DNA from: Patescibacteria group bacterium
GTDB lineage: Bacteria; Patescibacteriota; Patescibacteriia; CAIXNZ01
Assembly (NCBI GenBank): GCA_041651155.1
Contig: JBAZJU010000003.1
Span: 85,789 to 126,745 of the forward strand
Direction: 5' to 3'
DNA: 40,957 bases
Program-made: the position numbers and the translations under genes
Notes under the pieces: generated by a model
Databases searched by the model: none
Told to the model about the DNA's origin: nothing
What the model saw: the letters and a program-made list of their open reading frames with translations, nothing else
Shown: positions 34,558-40,957 of the stretch, one piece after another
How positions within the stretch are numbered: position 1 is the stretch's first letter
Layout: every line of letters begins with the position of its first letter

Positions 34558-34830
34558 TTATTTATTAGACAATTTAGTAACTTTTAAAATTTCCTCAATC
34601 ATGGCCTGCTTTCTTTTTTCATTCTTAGATGCCATGGCATTTTTAAAGCATGAATTTAAATGCCCCTGCATCAGCATCTGATGCGCTGATTTCAAAAGCC
34701 CGATCACTGCCAAATTCTGTTGCATGATATCAATGCAATAAGCGCCCTCTTCAATCATTTTAGTAATTTTATTAAGATGGCTCTGGGCTTTTTTAAAATT
34801 AATTAAAATTTCTTTTTTTGAATCCTCCAT
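34558..34830 (-). CDS. csoR: CsoR/RcnR-family metal-sensing repressor
   Basis: 90 aa, GAYCIDIMQQ..HQMLMQGHLNSC (C-H-C ligand pattern). First gene of the copper operon. Confidence 0.8.
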   Translation of the reverse strand: MEDSKKEILINFKKAQSHLNKITKMIEEGAYCIDIMQQNLAVIGLLKSAHQMLMQGHLNSCFKNAMASKNEKRKQAMIEEILKVTKLSNK

Positions 34831-34855
34831 AGTGTTTTGAATTATGAATTATGAA

Positions 34856-34936
34856 TGCCGAACGCTGAATTTTATTTCAGAATTCGGCCTTCGCCGACTG
34901 AAGTCGGCTACGGCCGACGAAGGTCGGAGTTCGGCA
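34856..34936. repeat. GC-rich compound palindrome in the csoR leader
   Basis: Outer TGCCGAAC (34856-34863)/GTTCGGCA (34929-34936). Inner GCCGAC-TGAA-GTCGGC (34893-34908) and CCTTCG/CGAAGG. Confidence 0.6.
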
Positions 34937-34937
34937 T

Positions 34938-34954
34938 TACCTCCACCCCAGGTA
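34938..34954 (-). promoter_or_regulatory. CsoR-type operator candidate
   Basis: TACCTCCACCCCAGGTA: TACCT/AGGTA inverted arms around a C-tract, immediately downstream of the -10 box. Confidence 0.45.
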
Positions 34955-34961
34955 TAGGTGT

Positions 34962-34990
34962 ATCATAAACTAAGTCAAAAAGCCTGTCAA
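34962..34990 (-). promoter_or_regulatory. sigma70-like promoter of the cop operon
   Basis: Minus strand TTGACA (34985-34990), 17 nt, TATGAT (34962-34967). Confidence 0.55.
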
Positions 34991-35008
34991 GTTTCCTGTG
35001 GATAAACA

Positions 35009-35126
35009 CTACAGATTACGGATACATACAGATTTACGAAATTCCAAAATATTATCTGTATATCCGCCTGCCTGCCCTGCCTACCGGCAGGCAGGCGGCA
35101 GGCAGGTACAAATCTGTAATCTGTAG
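35009..35126 (+). repeat. inverted-repeat element, copy 1 (long form with GC-rich core)
   Basis: CTACAGATTACGGATACATACAGATTTACGAA ... GCCTGCCTGCCCTGCCTACCGGCAGGCAGG ... AATCTGTAATCTGTAG. Confidence 0.8.
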
Positions 35127-35185
35127 AAATAAAAAAAACGGCTCGTCCTCTGCTTTTGAGCTTTGGAAGAGCCGTTTACTTATTT

Positions 35186-35386
35186 TTATTCCTGAAAATA
35201 ATAAGCAACTACACCGGGTTCGCCTTCTAAAGTTATCTCCTTGAGGTCTTCAATCCACTTACTACAAAAAAGACCTCCAATTTCTTTCTTTTCCACTGAT
35301 TGCCTCAGAAAGGCAAACGCATCTTCTTTTGATTTGGCGCGTATAACCACAAGTCCCTCAGAATCTTGCACTATAAATATCCTCAT
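35186..35386 (-). CDS. 66-aa hypothetical protein bracketed by repeat copies 1 and 2
   Basis: AAGGAGGTTG SD lies 5 nt before the ATG. No motif recognised. Confidence 0.55.
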   Translation of the reverse strand: MRIFIVQDSEGLVVIRAKSKEDAFAFLRQSVEKKEIGGLFCSKWIEDLKEITLEGEPGVVAYYFQE

Positions 35387-35449
35387 TTTTCAACCTCCTT
35401 TTAATTTGATTTGAAATTATCATATTATTTCATTATAGTCAACGCATCA

Positions 35450-35515
35450 CTGCAGATTACAGATTTACGAATTGTCAGAAAATTTTGTATATCCTTACAT
35501 ATCTGTAATCTGTAG
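35450..35515 (+). repeat. inverted-repeat element, copy 2 (short form lacking the GC core)
   Basis: CTGCAGATTACAGATTTACGAA..TGTATATCC..ATCTGTAATCTGTAG. Confidence 0.75.
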
Positions 35516-35533
35516 TAATCTCACATTTTTATC

Positions 35534-37543
35534 TTAATGATGAGATCTGCTATACTGGATTGAATTGCGCCATATTTTGGCTGGGAAAGTCGGATGAACC
35601 AGACCTGGTCCATAATTTAAAGTATCTTTAATTTCATCAATGCTGTATCCCCCGTAAATATAGGAATTAACTATCGTATGCCAATCTTTAGCAGCCACAC
35701 CTAAATTGCGACCGATTCTTTTGACTAATTCTGAATATAATAAAGCTGCCTGGTCTTTTTCCAATGACGGAGAATTTACCCTGGGCTTGCCATAGCTAAA
35801 AATCTTATAAGTACTGAGACCGGAACCAAGAGGATTATAGCCCGTACTAACTTCCAACCCATCATTATAGCCATCCCCATCGGTATCCGGCTTAAAAGGA
35901 TCAGTATTATAAATATAATATTCTTCAAAATCAGCTAAACCATCATTATCAGTATCTAAATTATACAAACTATCAGCCACTGTGCTCACAACCACGGCTG
36001 GCTGAGTATTTTGGGTAACAGTACTATTATTTGTACTGGAATTTGTAGTTTGGTTATTAGTTTGAATAGCAGTAAAATCCCTTAAAGGAATATACAGGGC
36101 ATTTAATTTTTCCGAGCCGACACTAATTGGATAAATATTATTAGAGCCGACTAATTTGATAATATAACGGCCGGCTGGCAGACTAATATCTGCAAACCCT
36201 GAATTGGTAGTAGAAAATGTACCGATTTCTGAGCCTGGTTTTAAATTCCCTTCTGCATCATAGCTGGTAAAATAAAGCGTAAAAGCAGTGTTTTTAACAT
36301 TTTGATTGCTTAAATCCTGCAAATATATCCTGGCTTTACTTAAAACATATTCAATATAATTGTTACTATTTTCATTGACGTAAATAGAATTGATTAAATA
36401 GGTCAAGCCATTATATGGCCCTTGTATTTCTACCTGATAATAATCAGTACTTAAAGGGATTTCTACTGTACCATTTATATCGGTCAGGTTGCTATAAATC
36501 TGGCCCTGCCTTTGGTTATTGGTAAATCTATAAATAATGACCCTGACATAAGGCACTGGATCTTTGTCTGTGTCTAAAATCTTTAGGCGCAAAGAGCCGT
36601 AATTATAATTAAATTCTTTTTTATCACCCTGGCTTAAGCTAAAATCATAGATCGTGTTAAAATCACCGGAATTATCTTTGAATTCAATTTTGTAATCACC
36701 TCTGGGCAAAAATAATTTTTTTGTGCCCTTATCACCTGTATTAAACTGGCCGATCTGCACAAAATCATTATCATCATTTTCATAAAATAATTTGAATTCA
36801 GCATTTTTGGTTAAATCGCCTTTAAAATCACGGGCGCTCACAATTAGCGTATTTAAAGTGTAGGATAAATCAGTTTGTTGATTTAAGTTAACAGTAAATT
36901 GGTTGTCTAAAGCATTTATATTATTCAAATCTGGATAATTAATGCGCAGGATATAATTGCCTGGAATTAAATAATAAGTTTTGGCGCCAGTCACTTCTGT
37001 TTTTTCATAGCCATAAAGCTGATCTTTGGCCACGATATTGCCAGCCACATCAGTCGTAGCTGACCAAATCTGAAACGGCAGATCTTTTAATAAATTATTA
37101 TCAGCATCGCGTAGAATTATCTCAACTGAACTTAAAACTAAATTAACGTCTTGAGTTGATAAGCCATTTATTTTAATATCATATATCACAAAACGTTCAT
37201 AATTGCGGTCATTTTTATGGTATTCAAAAGCTACAACTTTGGTTATGTTTGAAGTATTTTTAATTTGAATAGTTTGTAATCCCGTATCTCCAATATAACC
37301 GCCGCTTATTCTGTCACCTAAAATTTTATTATTATTAATATCGTATTTTTGCTCATAAATATTAAAAGAAACATTGCTGACTTTAATGCCGCCTGAGTCT
37401 TTGGCCATAACATTTAAACTGGCAAAAGTATCTTCAGCATGAGCAAAAGCTGGTAAAATCAAAAGAGCGCCTAAAATTGTAATTATAAAAATTAGGGATA
37501 TTTTGGCTAAAGTTAGTAAAAATTTTCTTATCATATTTATCAT
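35534..37543 (-). CDS. secreted multi-domain beta-sandwich repeat protein with thrombospondin type-3-like Ca-binding repeats
   Basis: Signal segment, repeated ~90-aa CarboxypepD_reg/Big-like units, DTDNDGLADFEE..DTDGDGYNDGLE. Confidence 0.7.
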   Translation of the reverse strand: MINMIRKFLLTLAKISLIFIITILGALLILPAFAHAEDTFASLNVMAKDSGGIKVSNVSFNIYEQKYDINNNKILGDRISGGYIGDTGLQTIQIKNTSNITKVVAFEYHKNDRNYERFVIYDIKINGLSTQDVNLVLSSVEIILRDADNNLLKDLPFQIWSATTDVAGNIVAKDQLYGYEKTEVTGAKTYYLIPGNYILRINYPDLNNINALDNQFTVNLNQQTDLSYTLNTLIVSARDFKGDLTKNAEFKLFYENDDNDFVQIGQFNTGDKGTKKLFLPRGDYKIEFKDNSGDFNTIYDFSLSQGDKKEFNYNYGSLRLKILDTDKDPVPYVRVIIYRFTNNQRQGQIYSNLTDINGTVEIPLSTDYYQVEIQGPYNGLTYLINSIYVNENSNNYIEYVLSKARIYLQDLSNQNVKNTAFTLYFTSYDAEGNLKPGSEIGTFSTTNSGFADISLPAGRYIIKLVGSNNIYPISVGSEKLNALYIPLRDFTAIQTNNQTTNSSTNNSTVTQNTQPAVVVSTVADSLYNLDTDNDGLADFEEYYIYNTDPFKPDTDGDGYNDGLEVSTGYNPLGSGLSTYKIFSYGKPRVNSPSLEKDQAALLYSELVKRIGRNLGVAAKDWHTIVNSYIYGGYSIDEIKDTLNYGPGLVHPTFPAKIWRNSIQYSRSHH

Positions 37544-37710
37544 GATTAAATTATAACACTATTCGCAAATAATTACATATCTTAACACAATACTAAATAA
37601 AAGTCAATGTTTTGAGGGCGGAGATGGACGAATTCGGAAATTCGGAATCCAATTCCCAATTGGGGATTGGATCCCGAGGAACATGGCCGTTTTCGCATTT
37701 CCTTAAAACA

Positions 37711-37740
37711 AAAAACCTGAACATAAATGTTCGGGTTTTT
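37711..37740. terminator. terminator after gatA
   Basis: CCTGAACAT (37716-37724)/ATGTTCGGG (37727-37735) with flanking A and T runs. Confidence 0.6.
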
Positions 37741-37804
37741 GATTTAACTAATTTCTAATTAATCCTTACCAATTCCCTATTACTAATTACCTATTACTTA
37801 TTTC

Positions 37805-39265
37805 CTATAGTTTTGGTTTAATTTTATGCCAGCCAGTTGCCTGTTCATAGGCGCTGGCTGCTTTTAATATGGTAGCTTCAGCAAACTGTTTGCCAACAAG
37901 CTGCATGCCCACAGGTAAATTATTAACAAAACCGCAAGGCAAAGTAAGCGCCGGCACGCCAGCTAAATTTATGGTCACAGTAAAAATATCTTCTAAATAC
38001 ATGGTTAATGGATCATTAATGTTCTCCCCTATTTTAAATGCCGGGCGAGGCGAAGTGGGCATTAAAATCAAATCAACTTTGCTTAAAGCATTGGCAAAAT
38101 CCTGCTTTATCAAAGTTCTGACTCGCATGGCTTTTTTATAATAAGCCTCATAATAGCCGGCTGATAAAACATAAGTGCCAATCATAATTCTGCGTTTCGC
38201 TTCAGCGCCAAAACCTTTGGCTCGTGATTTTGTGTAAATCTCAAAAAGATCATTAGCATCTTTATCTTGATAACCATATCTAATGCCATCGTAGCGCCCT
38301 AAATTTGAGCTCACTTCTGATGGCATTATAATATAATAACAAGCCAGGCCATAAGCCAGATTGGGCAATGAAACTTCTTCAAATTTAGCGCCTAATTTTT
38401 CCAGATCCCGCACAGCAGATTCCAGGCAAGACACAATGTCTTCATTCATGCCTTTGAGATAAGCTTCTTTGGGCATGCCGATTTTTAAGCCTTTAATATC
38501 TTGCCCAAGATTTTTTGTATAATCAATGACTGGCTGAGGAGGAGTAGTGGAATCTTTGGCATCCTGGCCAGCAATAATATTTAAAATAATGGCAGCATCT
38601 TCAACGGTTTTTGCCAAAGGGCCAATACAATCTAAAGAAGAACCCATGGCAATAGCGCCATAGCGCGAAACCCGGCCATAAGTTGGCTTCAAGCCCACAA
38701 CACCGCACAGAGAAGCTGGATGCCTGATTGAGCCTCCTGTATCAGTGCCTAGTGAGTAAATAACTTGTTCAGCTGCAACAGCTGCTGCGCTGCCGCCAGA
38801 AGAACCACCTGGCACTCGCTCCAGATCCCAAGGATTATGAGTTGGCCCAAAATCAGAATTTTCTGTTGATGAGCCATGGCCCCAGGCATCACAATTATTT
38901 TTACCTAAAATAATGGCGCCGTTAGCTTTTATCTTTTTAATCACAGTCGCATCAAAAAGCGGTACATAGTTTTTGAGCATATTTGAAGAAGCAGTAGTTT
39001 CAATACCTTTGGTAAGAATTAAATCCTTAATACTGCAAGGAATGCCCTCAAGTATATTTATTTTTTCATTTGCTTTAATTTTTTTGTCTACTTCTTTGGC
39101 TTGCTTTTCTGCATTTTTAAAATCAGTAGCTAAAAAAGCATGGACTTTATCATCTGTCTTTTTAATGCGCTCAATGCAGGATTTGGTCAATTCTAAACTG
39201 GAAATTTCCTTTTGGGCTAATTTCTCATGAGCTTCTTTAATGGTTAATTTATTTAACTCGGTCAT
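37805..39265 (-). CDS. gatA: Asp/Glu-tRNA amidotransferase subunit A
   Basis: Amidase signature GGSSGGSAAAVAA..GTDTGGSIR. Downstream of gatC. Confidence 0.9.
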   Translation of the reverse strand: MTELNKLTIKEAHEKLAQKEISSLELTKSCIERIKKTDDKVHAFLATDFKNAEKQAKEVDKKIKANEKINILEGIPCSIKDLILTKGIETTASSNMLKNYVPLFDATVIKKIKANGAIILGKNNCDAWGHGSSTENSDFGPTHNPWDLERVPGGSSGGSAAAVAAEQVIYSLGTDTGGSIRHPASLCGVVGLKPTYGRVSRYGAIAMGSSLDCIGPLAKTVEDAAIILNIIAGQDAKDSTTPPQPVIDYTKNLGQDIKGLKIGMPKEAYLKGMNEDIVSCLESAVRDLEKLGAKFEEVSLPNLAYGLACYYIIMPSEVSSNLGRYDGIRYGYQDKDANDLFEIYTKSRAKGFGAEAKRRIMIGTYVLSAGYYEAYYKKAMRVRTLIKQDFANALSKVDLILMPTSPRPAFKIGENINDPLTMYLEDIFTVTINLAGVPALTLPCGFVNNLPVGMQLVGKQFAEATILKAASAYEQATGWHKIKPKL

Positions 39266-39369
39266 AATAATTTTAATGGGTAATACAATGGTAAAATATT
39301 GTAATATGGTGGTAATACAATTGTTTTACAATTTTCTTATCATTGCCTTACAATTTATTACAAACACTT

Positions 39370-39654
39370 TCAAAACACACTTTTTGTCTTAATTAGGTCA
39401 TCCTCCCATTCCGCCGCCTGCTTAACCAATTCTTTTTGAAAATCACACTGGTCAATCTTATCTTCACGATAAACATTTTCTAAGCCTGTCACTTGCGCAG
39501 TAATTTCCACATTGTCAGTATTAACTTCATTTAATTTTTCCACGTAATCCAAAACCTTAGAAAGTTGGCTGGCATACAACTCCTTTTCATCCTTGCTTAA
39601 TTCAAGGCGTGATAGTTTAGCTATTTTTTCTACCTCTGACTTGGTTAACTTCAT
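39370..39654 (-). CDS. gatC: Asp/Glu-tRNA amidotransferase subunit C
   Basis: 94 aa, VEKIAKLSRLELSKDEKE..LSKVLDYVEKLNEVNTDNVE. Confidence 0.85.
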   Translation of the reverse strand: MKLTKSEVEKIAKLSRLELSKDEKELYASQLSKVLDYVEKLNEVNTDNVEITAQVTGLENVYREDKIDQCDFQKELVKQAAEWEDDLIKTKSVF

Positions 39655-39671
39655 ATATATAATGCGAATTA

Positions 39672-39778
39672 CTACAGATTACAGATACGTACCTGCCTGC
39701 CGGTAGGCAGGGCAGGCAGGCGGATATACAAATGACGGATTTTAGATTCGTAAATCTGTATATATCCGTAATCTGTAG
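39672..39778 (-). repeat. inverted-repeat element, copy 3 (long form, opposite orientation)
   Basis: Its reverse complement aligns end to end with copy 1, apart from a ~10-nt GGCAGG-type indel and a variable AT-rich segment. Confidence 0.8.
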
Positions 39779-39853
39779 GTTGTTACAATATTATCATTTT
39801 AAATAATTTTTTTCAACCAAATATTTCATAATTCATAGTTCATAATTCATAGT

Positions 39854-40816
39854 TCAAAAACCAACATATTCAATCTCCTCCATTAATTGCAGGCCTAATT
39901 TATCTCGCACTTTCATTTTAATATAGCTTATTAATTGCAGAACATTATTAGCCGTGGCTTGGCCTATATTTACTATAAAATTAGCGTGTTTGGGTGAAAT
40001 CTGCGCGCCTCCGATTTTATAACCTTTCAAATCCAAGGATTCAATCAGCCAGGCTGCTGGGATTTTTTTGCGCTCTAAATATTCTGCTGGTAAATTAATA
40101 AGTTTATTTACCTCAACCATATTCTCAGAATTAATCATCACATTTTTAAACACACTGCCAGCTGAAGGAAATTCAGGCAATTTTTCATTTCTGGTTTTAA
40201 GAATATCTTTAATTTTTGCTAAACTTTGCTGTTTATTGCCTTTTTTGAGCTGAAATTCTGCTGAAATAATCAAATCATTATTATGTTTAAAAACAGATTC
40301 GCGGTAGCCAAATTCGCACTTTTCATTTTTTAGCACAAACTGTTTTCCGCCTTTCATTATTTCAACCCCAATTAAATTATCAGCTATTTGTCCGCCATAA
40401 GCACCGGCATTGCCTCGCACACATCCGCCAATTGCGCCCGGGATGCCAATCCCCCATTCCAAACCAGTTAAACCCTGATCAATTGTTTTTTGGATTAAAT
40501 CAACCAGCATAACTCCAGCATCTGCCACGACTTTATTGCCCTCTTTGAATAGAATATCTTTAGTCTGAACATAAATCACTAATCCAGCAAATCCTTGATC
40601 TGCGACTAAAATATTACTACCATTACCTAAAATAAAAAAAGGTATTTTCAATTTTTTAGCAAAAGTTATGGCACGTACCAAATCTTCATTATCATTGGCA
40701 ATAAAAAAATACTTGGCGTTTCCACCAATTTTAAAGGTAGTGTACTTGGCAAGTGATTCATTAGCCTTTACTTTTTTGCCAAGTAATTCTTCAAATTGTG
40801 AAATTTGCTTGTCCAT
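39854..40816 (-). CDS. murB: UDP-N-acetylenolpyruvoylglucosamine reductase
   Basis: FAD-binding YTTFKIGGNAKYF..ILGNGSNIL, C-terminal SAGSVFKN..GGAQISPKHANFIVN. Confidence 0.9.
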   Translation of the reverse strand: MDKQISQFEELLGKKVKANESLAKYTTFKIGGNAKYFFIANDNEDLVRAITFAKKLKIPFFILGNGSNILVADQGFAGLVIYVQTKDILFKEGNKVVADAGVMLVDLIQKTIDQGLTGLEWGIGIPGAIGGCVRGNAGAYGGQIADNLIGVEIMKGGKQFVLKNEKCEFGYRESVFKHNNDLIISAEFQLKKGNKQQSLAKIKDILKTRNEKLPEFPSAGSVFKNVMINSENMVEVNKLINLPAEYLERKKIPAAWLIESLDLKGYKIGGAQISPKHANFIVNIGQATANNVLQLISYIKMKVRDKLGLQLMEEIEYVGF

Positions 40817-40957
40817 TTTAAAAATTCTTAAAGATAGCGTCCCCTTTTGCGACTGCTAAGAATATTGGATTTTCTCTAAGGTTGGAAGAATATCAGGAAT
40901 TATCCTATTCTTAAGGGGATAATTCATTAAAATTACCGTTATTATGACAAAAAAAAC

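Noticed and set aside
40946-40957. Possible plus-strand gene start (ATGACAAAAAAAAC) at the window end
   Set aside because: Only 4 codons are visible, which is too little to support.
1-40957. CRISPR arrays, rRNA genes, transposases, integrases or prophage genes
   Set aside because: No regularly spaced direct repeats, no rRNA-like conserved stretches, and no recombinase motifs were seen in any long ORF.

Overview
AT-rich bacterial chromosomal segment, roughly one third G+C by eye, with almost all genes on the minus strand. The gene content is GatC/GatA, MurB, DnaG-RpoD, RecQ, MsrB and an ABC-F ATPase, plus many small orphan genes and DUF5652- and DUF2207-type membrane proteins. This suggests a small-genome Patescibacteria/CPR-like organism, but that is inference, not shown by the sequence. 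I support about 40 CDS, including a partial MgtA-like P-type ATPase at the window start that the ORF track misses. I also support three tRNAs: Asn-GUU, Ser-CGA and Ser-GGA. There is a CsoR-controlled copper operon (csoR, an HMA/TauE/cupredoxin fusion, copA, a DsbA-like gene) with a readable promoter and operator, and an XRE-HTH/DUF4065 plus RelE-like toxin-antitoxin pair. No CRISPR array, rRNA, transposase or integrase is visible. The signals most worth follow-up are: (1) three tandem, separately transcribed, diverged paralogs of an uncharacterised acidic CRxCG-motif protein (18456-20006); (2) a GC-rich, ORF-poor block of about 0.4 kb with nested helices behind a foreign-looking orphan gene (6062-7630); (3) 5'-part tRNA copies followed by GC-rich hairpins upstream of intact tRNA-Ser and tRNA-Asn genes, one carrying a GIY-YIG nuclease ORF; (4) short GC-rich palindromic blocks sharing a CCCGCTTCGCG core, inserted in frame into two unrelated genes; (5) a three-copy inverted-repeat element family, two copies of which bracket a 66-codon ORF; (6) several promoter-hairpin-U-tract units that look like small RNAs. 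All functional assignments come from reading motifs by eye. No database search was run.
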